A stretch of DNA of 64,000 nt from positions 608,001 to 672,000 of the forward strand of contig CP143273.1 in NCBI GenBank assembly GCA_051013385.1, in the 5' to 3' direction. A program made the translations under genes and the position numbers. This document shows, piece after piece, positions 1 through 9,408 of this stretch (position 1 is its first letter; the number at the start of each line of letters is the position of its first letter). The notes under the pieces are model-generated. The model made no database searches, was not told the DNA's origin, and was given only the letters and a program-made list of their open reading frames with translations. The DNA comes from Phormidium sp. (lineage in GTDB: Bacteria; Cyanobacteriota; Cyanobacteriia; Cyanobacteriales; Aerosakkonemataceae).

Positions 1-14
1 CAGCACGCCAAGTA

Positions 15-566
15 ATGATCTTCGCAGATAGCGACAACACCTTTTTAGCAGCCCAAAGCTTTAACAGAAAGTTAGATTGGCTAAAAATTCGCGACTATCT
101 AGCAAATCCTGCTGAAGGCAGAGAACTAATTGAAATGGTTCTTTTTGTGGGTTTACCACCAGCCAGAGAAAGATTTGAAGAACAACGGAAAACTAAAGAA
201 AAATTCATTTATTGGGCAAAGAACAATGGGTTTTTAGTAGTTACCAAAGAAGGTAAAACCAAAGGTGAAGAATACGAAAATAACATCGATATTGTAATGG
301 CAATGGATGCCTTAGAATTGGCTCTAGAAGTTCGCCCCGACATCGTTGTTTTAGTTACCGGAGATTCTGACTTTGCTTATTTAGCTGAAAAACTGAGAAG
401 GCGGGGAATGCGCGTAGAAGTCGCATCAGTGGAACAATCATTAGGAAATGAACTAAAAAATGCCGCTAGTAGCACCATAGATTTGATTGAAATTTTCGAT
501 AGTTTCGAGCAGCAAAACAACAATCAAACCTATTATCGAATCGGCAATGCCAATATTTTCGACTGA
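15..566 (+). CDS. NYN-domain (LabA/DUF88, PIN-like) putative ribonuclease
   Basis: Motifs IFADSDN, NIDIVMAMD, VLVTGDSDFAYL and LRRRGMRVEV are typical of NYN/LabA; the true start may lie upstream of the window. Confidence 0.85.
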   Translation: MIFADSDNTFLAAQSFNRKLDWLKIRDYLANPAEGRELIEMVLFVGLPPARERFEEQRKTKEKFIYWAKNNGFLVVTKEGKTKGEEYENNIDIVMAMDALELALEVRPDIVVLVTGDSDFAYLAEKLRRRGMRVEVASVEQSLGNELKNAASSTIDLIEIFDSFEQQNNNQTYYRIGNANIFD

Positions 567-621
567 TTTAAATTGGCAATTTACTTATTAACAACCCTTC
601 TACCAAAAAGTAATTAAACCA

Positions 622-951
622 ATGCAAACACTTAATGGCAAATTAGTTGTGCCAGATCCCAATGAATTTCCGTACATAAACCGACAAATGGAAGATTTCA
701 CTCACCAGTTAGAACAAATAGAACTGCAAGTAGTCACAGCCCAACAACTCGATCGGAGAGAGTACATCAACCAACTAAAAATCCTCAGAGTCTCAGTACA
801 AAACTTAGAGCAACTCTACAAACAATTATTGTCTACAACCATCATCAGTGCAGTAATTTTAACAGTTTTGTTCTTTTGGTTAGCGGTAATGCGCCAACCA
901 TCATGCAACAAATCTCAAGCAAATAATTCAGTTGTTATTTGGAAAAGTTAG
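622..951 (+). CDS. Hypothetical coiled-coil protein with one C-terminal TM helix
   Basis: 109-aa ORF inside the operon; Q/E/L-rich helix followed by hydrophobic IISAVILTVLFFWLAVM. Confidence 0.6.
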   Translation: MQTLNGKLVVPDPNEFPYINRQMEDFTHQLEQIELQVVTAQQLDRREYINQLKILRVSVQNLEQLYKQLLSTTIISAVILTVLFFWLAVMRQPSCNKSQANNSVVIWKS

Positions 952-992
952 TCATTTGTAATTAGTCATTAATCACACCAAAGAGGGAAAAC

Positions 993-1190
993 ATGAGAGC
1001 AGTAGTTAACGGGAAATTAGTCGATTTACCCACAGGTGCAACCGTTGAAGAACTGAGAGCCAGACTGCCGGAAATCGGCAACGATGACGTAATTGAAGAA
1101 GGATTTGGCGGAACCAAACCATTAAAGGAAACCGATGCTCTGAAAGAAGGCTCCAAAGTTTGGTCAGTTCCCAAAATTGTCAAAGGTTAA
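993..1190 (+). CDS. Ubiquitin-like beta-grasp protein (ThiS/MoaD/Ubl-like)
   Basis: 65 aa; VVNGKLVDLPTGATVEEL start typical of ThiS-like folds; C-terminal Gly (IVKG); GAGGG RBS; adjacent to E2 and E1 genes. Confidence 0.75.
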   Translation: MRAVVNGKLVDLPTGATVEELRARLPEIGNDDVIEEGFGGTKPLKETDALKEGSKVWSVPKIVKG

Positions 1191-1282
1191 TTCCGAAAAC
1201 CCAGGTTACTTGAAGAACCTGCTCAATCAAGGAAACCTGGTTTATTATCCCTAGCTAAAAATCAATTTAAGGAGTAAAACTT

Positions 1283-1768
1283 ATGGCGATCGCCATCAAT
1301 TCCCATCAGTCAGCATTTCAACCCAGCGCCCGCCTAATCGCTGAACTCAAACTGCTAGAAAAACCAGCCAAAAATATCATTGTTGGCAGTAAAATAATTA
1401 GCGGCATTCAATACACAGCAGTTTTAGTTAAAGGAATGCCTCTATCTTCCCAAAAATTTACAGTATCCAACACGGACGTACTATTTTTGTTACCTCCAGA
1501 ATATCCCAGTCTGCCGCCGATTGGCTGCTATCTCAACTACCCTTGGGATACGGTAGGCGAAGGAGATCACCACTTTACTAGACAAAGTTATTACGGCGCA
1601 CCTTTCCTCAGCGAAGAAGGCTGGTATTGGTACTGCGTCGGACTTGGTGGTGGATTTAATCGGGATAAATGGCTCAATGCTTGGCGACCTAGCAATCTAC
1701 CGGAATACGGACATAATCTCGCTACCTTGTTTGTCACTGCTCGTCATGCCATTAATAGCGATGGTTAA
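1283..1768 (+). CDS. Prokaryotic E2/UBC-fold conjugating enzyme
   Basis: DVLFLLPPEYPSLPP UBC-like motif; candidate catalytic Cys in WYWYC; AAGGAG RBS; lies between Ubl and E1. Confidence 0.7.
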   Translation: MAIAINSHQSAFQPSARLIAELKLLEKPAKNIIVGSKIISGIQYTAVLVKGMPLSSQKFTVSNTDVLFLLPPEYPSLPPIGCYLNYPWDTVGEGDHHFTRQSYYGAPFLSEEGWYWYCVGLGGGFNRDKWLNAWRPSNLPEYGHNLATLFVTARHAINSDG

Positions 1769-1816
1769 TGGTTATTTGTATCTTCACAAAATTACGCTTC
1801 ATTGAACTGAAAAAAC

Positions 1817-3202
1817 ATGAATAATAGCAAAAAATTACCACAAGTTTCCTTACAAGTTCCGCCTTTGATGTGGCATCAATTTAGCCAATCAATGCGACAA
1901 GCACGGAACACAAATGAAGAAACGATCGGGTTTTTCTTCTGCCAACGTCATCAAATTTCTAAGCGCCAAGTGAGATATTTTCCTAAAGCTTGGGTAGTTC
2001 CTACGCCAGATTGTTACGAAAGTCAATCAGCCAGTGGTTTAGTACTCAAACAGGAATTCCATCACTACTTACTGAACACTTATCTGTGCCAAGGATTAGA
2101 TGTGGTTCATATTCATACCCACGCTGGCAATCAAGTACCTGATTTTTCTTATGTAGACGATCGCTACGAAGCAGAATATGTCAGATTTCTCAATTCTCAC
2201 TTTCGCAAACCACCGCGATTAATTTCCGGGGTATTTGACGAATCCCTACAAAAATCAGAATTCCGTATTTGGAATAAGAAAGGAAATTCCTGTGAAAAGG
2301 TTAAGTTTTATCACTCATGGTTTGAACTGGAAGAAACTGCACCATCACCAACTGAGTGTTTCACTCTTGACACTAGATCTGAAAACTTTGATTTAATGTT
2401 TGCTCGACAAAAGGTATTTGGAGCCAGTTTTCAAAAGCAACTAAGTCAACTTACAGTCACTTTAATTGGTTGTGGGGGAATCGGAGCAATTGTAGCTGAA
2501 CAACTCGGACGTTTAGGCGTGAAAAAATGGGTATTAATTGACCCCGATCGCCTAGAAATTGTTAACCTGAACCGGATGCCGGGAGCAACTTGGCAAATGG
2601 CACAACATCAATGGTCGAAAGTAGAATATGTCAAACACCTAATCAAACAGATTTATCAAACAGGTTCTTGTGTTAAGGCTATAGCGAGTGCGATCGAAAA
2701 TGAATCTGTGCAAACAGAAATCGCCGCTACTGATTTAATCATCGTTGCCACTGACAACCACCGTTCTCGACAAATCGCGCAAGAACTAGCCCTCAAATAT
2801 GCACGTCCCTTAGTTTGTCTGGGCACCCACATTGACGTAAAACCTGATGGAGTTCCTCGAATGTACTGTCGCGTCACCGTTCCCCCACTTGGCGGTAGCT
2901 GGTGTTTAATGTGTGGTAACATCATCAACTTGCAACGAGCCGCTTTGGAGTCAGCTGCTAGTGCGATCGAACATCTCGCCCAAGGTGCAGGTTATCTCGA
3001 AGGCATCAACGATCCGGCAGTATTTTGGTTGAACGGCATTTGTGCCAGCACAGCAGTAGGTGTGATTCAGGGTATGGTTAGCGGCACTTTAAACATCGAT
3101 GCTGGTCTGGATTGGATTTACCAGTTCCCGCAATGTCAATGGCATCACACTAACACTGATTACTTAATTACACCTAATTGTTATTTTTGTGGTGCTGACT
3201 GA
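1817..3202 (+). CDS. JAB/MPN peptidase - ThiF/E1 adenylyltransferase fusion
   Basis: N-terminal E...HIHTH...FSYVDD JAMM motif; C-terminal IGCGGIG, DPDRLEIVNLNR, ATDNHRSR and two CxxC pairs (CLMC, CYFC). Confidence 0.88.
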   Translation: MNNSKKLPQVSLQVPPLMWHQFSQSMRQARNTNEETIGFFFCQRHQISKRQVRYFPKAWVVPTPDCYESQSASGLVLKQEFHHYLLNTYLCQGLDVVHIHTHAGNQVPDFSYVDDRYEAEYVRFLNSHFRKPPRLISGVFDESLQKSEFRIWNKKGNSCEKVKFYHSWFELEETAPSPTECFTLDTRSENFDLMFARQKVFGASFQKQLSQLTVTLIGCGGIGAIVAEQLGRLGVKKWVLIDPDRLEIVNLNRMPGATWQMAQHQWSKVEYVKHLIKQIYQTGSCVKAIASAIENESVQTEIAATDLIIVATDNHRSRQIAQELALKYARPLVCLGTHIDVKPDGVPRMYCRVTVPPLGGSWCLMCGNIINLQRAALESAASAIEHLAQGAGYLEGINDPAVFWLNGICASTAVGVIQGMVSGTLNIDAGLDWIYQFPQCQWHHTNTDYLITPNCYFCGAD

Positions 3203-3518
3203 GCAATTTTTAAGCTAGGTAATACCTACCCTAGTATTGCAGGAAATATCAGGCAGAAACCAGGTTTTTCTGGATTTTACTCACCGGAAAAGTCTGGTTT
3301 TTGTTGAGTGTCTGTGAATTTTTACTTCGCAATCTCAAAGAAAAGTGGAAATTATCGGGTAGAGAATCTATTTCAGTAGATAGTAACAATAATCACGTAT
3401 TGAAATAATTTCTGAGGGGAAAAGTCAGCACATCCACAACGAACTAGAAAATCGATGGAAGACCCCGTTTCCAAGTGGATGCCAAAATTTAAGCAAGTAA
3501 ATAGGAGTCTTTAACAGT

Positions 3519-4589
3519 ATGTCGAAGCTAGTTAAGTTTAATTCCCAGTATCCGCTTACAGTCATTGAAGAAGTGAAACGGATAGTTGAGATTTCCATTG
3601 CTAATCCTAGAGAAATTGCGATCGAAAGTCCTTGGACAGTGCTAGCAGGTTTTCTGGGAACACTTGCTCCTTTGTTGCTGCCTACTTATAATCCGATTAT
3701 TTTTAGCATTGCTATAACTATATTTTTAGTGGGGATAATATTTGAGGCTAACAAATACAAAATTTACACTGAAGATGCGCTGCCAATTCCCATAGTAATT
3801 AACATTGCCAATCCAGCAAATTCCTTAGACGCACTCAACTCTTTATTTAAGATAATTGAAGCCGACCCGAAGTATCGCAATTATCGCCAAAATTTGAATA
3901 AATACTTGAGTATTACCGAAGCTGAGTTAGTTTACCAATACAAAGGGGATATTTTCGATACAGAACATCTCAAAGATTTCTTAAAAATTACTAAGCACGA
4001 CTTAGAACAAGTTAAACGTAAAACACCGCAAAACTCCATTTTCTATTTAGCTTATATTGGGCCAGCTAGTGTGGCTTTCCTGGTTGGTTCTATGTTAGCT
4101 AGAGAAGGAATGCAGCTATTTCAAAGATCCCAAGATAACAACAGTTATCAGTGTGTGATGAATGTTAAGGATCGAGCTTTAAAAGAAGATACACCTCAGT
4201 TGGAAAAATTTGCTGTAACTTATCAATGCAGTGAACCTCGCCACGATAACGTAACAATTGCGATCGATACAGCAGCGCACAAAACTAAACTCAACGACCC
4301 TAGCATTATTAATTATGGGGATATTATTGCTTTACAAAATCAGAGAGGCAATACTATCAGCTACGAAGAAGATTGGACTCAATATTGCCGAGAAATTTTC
4401 AAACTTTTGAATGAAGCACAGCAAAATTATAAAGAGATTAAGTTAGTGTATTCGATGCCTGTAAGTTTAGCGATCGCAGTTGGCATGACGATTCAACATT
4501 TTTGGAATGTTCAGTTAACTAATTACGACCCAAAAACGGGAACCTATCAAGATTTGATCAAAATGAACGAAATTATTTATCGCGGTTAA
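3519..4589 (+). CDS. 2TM-SAVED cyclic-oligonucleotide-sensing membrane effector
   Basis: Two hydrophobic helices (about aa 38-75); SAVED-like repeats FYLAYIGPASVAFLVG and IKLVYSMPVSLAIAVG...VQLTNYD...Y; 23 bp upstream of cas10. Confidence 0.75.
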   Translation: MSKLVKFNSQYPLTVIEEVKRIVEISIANPREIAIESPWTVLAGFLGTLAPLLLPTYNPIIFSIAITIFLVGIIFEANKYKIYTEDALPIPIVINIANPANSLDALNSLFKIIEADPKYRNYRQNLNKYLSITEAELVYQYKGDIFDTEHLKDFLKITKHDLEQVKRKTPQNSIFYLAYIGPASVAFLVGSMLAREGMQLFQRSQDNNSYQCVMNVKDRALKEDTPQLEKFAVTYQCSEPRHDNVTIAIDTAAHKTKLNDPSIINYGDIIALQNQRGNTISYEEDWTQYCREIFKLLNEAQQNYKEIKLVYSMPVSLAIAVGMTIQHFWNVQLTNYDPKTGTYQDLIKMNEIIYRG

Positions 4590-4612
4590 ACCACTATTAT
4601 AGGAAAATTAAT

Positions 4613-6385
4613 ATGAACCCCGAACCAAAATGTTATACAGCTATTACGTTTGCTCCGGTGCAAGGTTTTATTGAAAAGTCTCGGAAACTGCGGGATTTGT
4701 ATGGTAGTTCATTTTTGCTATCGTATTTAGCAGAAGCTATTTGCAAAGCTGCCAATCAACACAGTTGCCAAGTTATATCACCTGCACTAATAAACGTTAC
4801 TCAAGGAACACCCAATCAAATCATTCTAGATGGACTATTTCACCAAGAATGTGGCAAAAAAGCTTTGAATCAAGCATGGTTAGCTGTCATCAAAACTTGT
4901 CGTGACTGGATTGAAACTAACGTCAACACTTGTGGGAATTATTATTGGCGACGAGACTGGACATCTTGGGAAAATCACGCATGGGAATTTTTTTTGGGAC
5001 AAGGGAAAACCATTGGCGAGGCGAGGGAAGCTGTTAATGAAGCCAAGCGATCGCGTGATTGGACCGCTACCAACTGGATGGGGGAAAGTTCTACTTTATC
5101 TGGGGCTGATGGTGTAGCATGGCCTGGGATGGGCAAAGGAAACCCTAAAATTACAAACCGCCACCAACAAAAGGTAGAAATTGAAACCTTTTATCAGCAG
5201 CTTAGTTATAAATTAGGTGAAGCATTTATTGAATCAGCTAACCTTACTATTGCCGAAGATAAATTATCGGAATTAACCAAAGAATATGGCGAGGCATTCG
5301 TCGATCCAGACGAAGAGTTAAGCATTCCCGAATTAGTCAAGCGACTGATCACGCATGAGGCGATCGCGAGCGAAATAGTTAGCAAGTTGAAAGAGCAAAT
5401 AGACCCAAATCTACCCCATCGGCTCAATGTTCTTGCCAAAGAATTAAAACCAAACAGCTTTACCGACATTAGCCGCAAAAAAGATAAAGATCGCGACCCC
5501 AACAAACACCCAGAGGAAAAATACTGGACAGGCTGGTTTCAGGGAGACGGCGATCGCATGGGAGATTTGCTAAAAAGATTATCCAACGATCCCAACACTG
5601 AACCTGACAAACTAAAAGAATTTAGTAAAGCCATGATGGAATGGGGAGAAAATATATTTAAACCTAGCGTAAAAACTAGCATAAAAGAAGCCAACGGTCG
5701 CACCATTTACGCAGGTGGCGATGACTTCATGGGAGTCTTTTACCGCTTGCCAGAACAAACTTTACCAAACAAACAGTTTACTCCTTTAAAGGGGCAAGAT
5801 TGCATCAGTTGGTTTTCTTCCCAGTTTCCTAACATTTGGCAACAACACAAACAGCCTATTACTGTCAGCGTGGGCTTTGTCTGGGCTGCACCAAATGTAC
5901 CCCAGCGCGATGTGTTACAACACTGTCATTTAGCAGAAAAATCAGCTAAAAATAGTGGCAAAGACCGGATCGCGATCCGTATCTTGTTTAACGGCGGCAC
6001 TCATATCGAATGGGTTTGCCCTTGGTGGTTTTTACCCGTGCTGCAACACTATCAAGATAGAGATGGTGATACTTTAAAATCTTTGCAAAAGCCAAAAGGG
6101 AATAAAACTACACCGAACTGGACGCACATTTATAACGATGTCACAATTTTAGAATCGCGCCACGCTTTCCACGGTAATACTGAAATTGCTGAAGCACTCT
6201 TTCAAATTTATTTTCCTAGTTACAAAGATTTAATTCATTCCGATAATTGGTGGGTACATTGTCACGGAGAAGGATTAAGGACGGGAATTTTGGGTCACGA
6301 CAAAGAGGATGACCGAGATATTGTTGAACTCTTTAATGATTGGTTCATTAATTTAGTAAAGGTAGGATTTCATTTATGCAGCTAA
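4613..6385 (+). CDS. cas10: Type III-B Cas10/Cmr2 (no HD domain, intact cyclase palm)
   Basis: ITFAPVQGFIEKSRKLRDLYGSSFLLSYL N-terminus; QGDGDRMG; IYAGGDDF. Confidence 0.95.
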   Translation: MNPEPKCYTAITFAPVQGFIEKSRKLRDLYGSSFLLSYLAEAICKAANQHSCQVISPALINVTQGTPNQIILDGLFHQECGKKALNQAWLAVIKTCRDWIETNVNTCGNYYWRRDWTSWENHAWEFFLGQGKTIGEAREAVNEAKRSRDWTATNWMGESSTLSGADGVAWPGMGKGNPKITNRHQQKVEIETFYQQLSYKLGEAFIESANLTIAEDKLSELTKEYGEAFVDPDEELSIPELVKRLITHEAIASEIVSKLKEQIDPNLPHRLNVLAKELKPNSFTDISRKKDKDRDPNKHPEEKYWTGWFQGDGDRMGDLLKRLSNDPNTEPDKLKEFSKAMMEWGENIFKPSVKTSIKEANGRTIYAGGDDFMGVFYRLPEQTLPNKQFTPLKGQDCISWFSSQFPNIWQQHKQPITVSVGFVWAAPNVPQRDVLQHCHLAEKSAKNSGKDRIAIRILFNGGTHIEWVCPWWFLPVLQHYQDRDGDTLKSLQKPKGNKTTPNWTHIYNDVTILESRHAFHGNTEIAEALFQIYFPSYKDLIHSDNWWVHCHGEGLRTGILGHDKEDDRDIVELFNDWFINLVKVGFHLCS

Positions 6386-7503
6386 CCGAATCTCATCCCC
6401 AACAGGAAACGCCAATTAATTCAGCAAAACTGCCTTTTCAATATTTGATTGTTATTGAACCGTTGGGTTTATTATATGGTAGCGCAGGCCGTTTTCTTTC
6501 CCCAGAAAACTTAGTCGGGCGCTCAGGGACTAACTTCCCTCCGAGTGCAGCTGCATTATCAGGCATATTTGCATCAGAATGGCAGGGCGATCGAACTCGT
6601 TTACCTCAACTACAACTAGCTGGCCCTTTTTGGGGGGAAATAGATCGATTACCAGATTTTTACGTTCCTCTTCCCCTACATTGCTTAATCGAAAAAGGAA
6701 AAATTAAGCATGAACTTTTTTGGGAGCCAAAATTAAAGAAATGGCAACCTAATGTCAGCGGGAAATTTGATAAAGGAGGTTGGGTAAAAATTAGTAATTG
6801 GGGAAATTGGAACCGCGAACCAATTGTCACTAAAGTTCCTTGGAAATATCAGCCACATTTACACCCCAGGTTAGAAGAAAATCAGCGGCGAGTTAAGGTG
6901 GAAACAGAACGAGAACAAGGGAGTTTATTCTTAGAAAATGGGGTACAACTAGATCCCGATCGCTGCTTAGTTTATCTGTCAAATGCCAAATTAGATTCAG
7001 GTTGGTATCGATTTGGGGGAGAAGGACATTTAGTTAATATTGAATGTCACGACATTTCACCTGAAGTCAAGCATTTACTTTCGCAACCAGTTGGAAAAAC
7101 ATTTGCCATTATAACTCCGGCAGTATGGGGGTCTAACCGCCATTCTTATAGGGAACCTATGGTGCAGAAAAATCAGGAGAAAGACAGCGAATGGATTGCT
7201 GTTTGGCAACGGGAAGCTTTACTCACTGAACGGCCGTTGCCTTTCCGTTATCGTTTGGGAAATCAGAAAGTAGAGGGAGGTGAAGAGAAACGAAACAGCA
7301 ATGAAAAGTTGCTCTCTCGCGGGCGGTATGCTATGCCTGCTGGCAGTGTTTATGTGTTAAAAGAACACCTCAATAAATCTTGGCAAGCTTGGCCGGAAGA
7401 GTGGTTTCCCAAAGAGGGTTATTACTCTTTTAAACGTTGGGGTTGTGGATTAGCACTACCGTTATCTTTAAAAGAGGAAGGTAAATCTAATGGCATACAG
7501 TGA
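6376..7503 (+). CDS. cmr3: Cmr3 (Cas5-group RAMP)
   Basis: IEPLGLLY, RFGGEGH, YAMPAGSVY and terminal WGCG loop; overlaps the cmr2 stop. Confidence 0.92.
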   Translation: MQLTESHPQQETPINSAKLPFQYLIVIEPLGLLYGSAGRFLSPENLVGRSGTNFPPSAAALSGIFASEWQGDRTRLPQLQLAGPFWGEIDRLPDFYVPLPLHCLIEKGKIKHELFWEPKLKKWQPNVSGKFDKGGWVKISNWGNWNREPIVTKVPWKYQPHLHPRLEENQRRVKVETEREQGSLFLENGVQLDPDRCLVYLSNAKLDSGWYRFGGEGHLVNIECHDISPEVKHLLSQPVGKTFAIITPAVWGSNRHSYREPMVQKNQEKDSEWIAVWQREALLTERPLPFRYRLGNQKVEGGEEKRNSNEKLLSRGRYAMPAGSVYVLKEHLNKSWQAWPEEWFPKEGYYSFKRWGCGLALPLSLKEEGKSNGIQ

Positions 7504-8086
7504 TTTTACCTTAGAAAAAGTGCAGAAAGCTTTCGATTTGACTATTTCCGAAAATGTAGACCTGTTTGCCAATGTTACTCAGTTATAACCAACTCCCTTA
7601 CTTACGGAATTTTTACAAGATAATGCACAATTGGCCTTAAAAATCGATACAAAAAAAGCGTGCTCAGAAATGATTAATGCACCAATTTTGCTGGATTTTA
7701 AAAAACAATTTTCCTCGAAAATTAGCTTGTTTTCAGGAGTGGATTTCAACGTAGATTTGACACAGGGTTTAAACGGAACCTGCGACTATATCATTAGTAA
7801 TTCTCCCGAACAGTTATTCGTAAAATCCCCTGTGATTGTTTTGGTGGAGGCTAAAAAAGAAAATATTGTTGGAGGGTTAGGTCAATGCGCTTCTGAAATG
7901 TTAGCGGCTCAAATTTTTAACGAACGGGAGGGAAATGAAGTTCCAGTTATTTTAGGAGTAGTTACTTCTGGAAATATTTGGAGGTTTTTGCAATTGTCAG
8001 AGAAACAATTGAGAGTTGATGCGACCGAGTATTATCTCAAAGATGTGAGTAAAGTTTTAGGAATTTTTGCCCAAGGAGTACAATAA
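7490..8086 (+). pseudogene. PD-(D/E)xK restriction-endonuclease-like gene with in-frame nonsense codon
   Basis: ATG 7490 (MAYSDFTLEKVQK...) after a GAGGA RBS is in frame with ORF 7631..8086 but interrupted by TAA at 7586-7588; CDYII...VEAKK nuclease-like motif. Confidence 0.75.
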
Positions 8087-8968
8087 ATGTATCACAAAGC
8101 TTACGGAATTATAGAAACTTTAGCACCGCTTCATGTGGGTGCAACGGCGGGAGAAGAAACGGGAAATTCAAACTTAATTTTCCGCGATCAGTTTACGCAA
8201 ACTGGGGTTATTCCCGGTAGTTCGATTCGGGGGCGGTTTCGGGCGGATATGCGATCGCAGAACTCTGAGTTTGCAAATGAATGGTATGGGTATCCCGCAA
8301 AAGAAGGAGAAGAAAATAGCACCACAGAAGCATTAGTTAAATTTGAATATGCTTCTTTAGTATGGCTACCTGTTTTTTGTCCCGGTCAACCTGTTGTGTG
8401 GGTTACTTCACCGCGCTTACTCAAACGCTACCAAAAAATTGTCCCTGGTTCACCTACAGATCTACCCACTCCATATAGTGCTTGTCCTGAATTAAAAAAT
8501 AAGTACCAACAGCTATTTTTTAATCTAGGGTTTTTGACGTTAAAAGGCTCTTATAATTTTGACAACTGGACTGCCAACATTCCACGAAATGCTGATTTAG
8601 AAAAAGATAAGCTATTGGTTGTTTCTGATACAGATATCAGCATGATTCACGATATGGCACTTTATCGTCAAAGCCGAGTAAAACTGGAGGATGATAAGAA
8701 GAAGGTAGACGAAGAAAAGGGAGCATTCTTTAACGTAGAAGCATTACCAGAAGGAAGCATTTTAGTTTTTCCAGTTGCGTTGAAAAAAACGGGCTGGACT
8801 AAAACTACAAACTGGCAACCTTTTGGCACTGTTACCCCTCAAAAGAATTATGCTAAAGAACTTTATTTTGGCGGACTAGAATCCATTGGATTTGGTCGTT
8901 GTAAAGTAACTTTAGCTGGACACGACTTTTCTAAAAATTTATCTCAAACGGAGACAGAATCAAAATGA
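8087..8968 (+). CDS. cmr4: Cmr4 RAMP backbone ribonuclease
   Basis: ETLAPLHVGA, IPGSSIRG, EALPEGS and GGLESIGFG. Confidence 0.93.
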   Translation: MYHKAYGIIETLAPLHVGATAGEETGNSNLIFRDQFTQTGVIPGSSIRGRFRADMRSQNSEFANEWYGYPAKEGEENSTTEALVKFEYASLVWLPVFCPGQPVVWVTSPRLLKRYQKIVPGSPTDLPTPYSACPELKNKYQQLFFNLGFLTLKGSYNFDNWTANIPRNADLEKDKLLVVSDTDISMIHDMALYRQSRVKLEDDKKKVDEEKGAFFNVEALPEGSILVFPVALKKTGWTKTTNWQPFGTVTPQKNYAKELYFGGLESIGFGRCKVTLAGHDFSKNLSQTETESK

Positions 8969-9408
8969 CCTGGCAATCTTACGAGTTAGACCAGAAAGCA
9001 CAGGCGTTAGTGCTAAAGCATCGAGATAAGAAAAATGTTCTCAATGAATCTCATAAAATGCGAGAAGCAGTGGCTTATGGGTTGGAGAGATTTTGGGGTG
9101 AGCATTTGCGTTACAAATCTAATGGGCAAAGAGATAAAGCCGATTACTGGGAAGACACTTGGAAACAATTTGTATCGATAATGAAAACCGCTGGTATTAA
9201 TCAAATACCAGAAGGTTTAGTGGATCATCAAAAGACCAAAGACATCCAAAAAGTAGCTAATGATTTATGGAAATTTTCCAAGGAGCATCCAGATGAACAG
9301 CGAGTCGCTTTAGCAGTATTAACACAATTTTGTGACTGCATAGTTTGGTGGACACAACGGTACAAAACTAAAAAATTGAAAAATCAAAACAAGGAGAATA
9401 AATTATGA
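8965..9408 (+). CDS. cmr5: Cmr5 small subunit (Cas11)
   Basis: 147-aa helical protein between cmr4 and cmr6 with 4-nt ATGA overlaps; YGLERFW motif. Confidence 0.75.
   Translation: MTWQSYELDQKAQALVLKHRDKKNVLNESHKMREAVAYGLERFWGEHLRYKSNGQRDKADYWEDTWKQFVSIMKTAGINQIPEGLVDHQKTKDIQKVANDLWKFSKEHPDEQRVALAVLTQFCDCIVWWTQRYKTKKLKNQNKENKL

Noticed and set aside
622..1030. Shared NGKLV N-terminal motif between the 109-aa protein and the Ubl
   Set aside because: Only five residues match and the rest is helical/TM; insufficient for homology
993..4589. Calling the E1/E2/JAB plus SAVED genes a canonical CBASS
   Set aside because: No CD-NTase is visible in the window and a standalone Ubl is present
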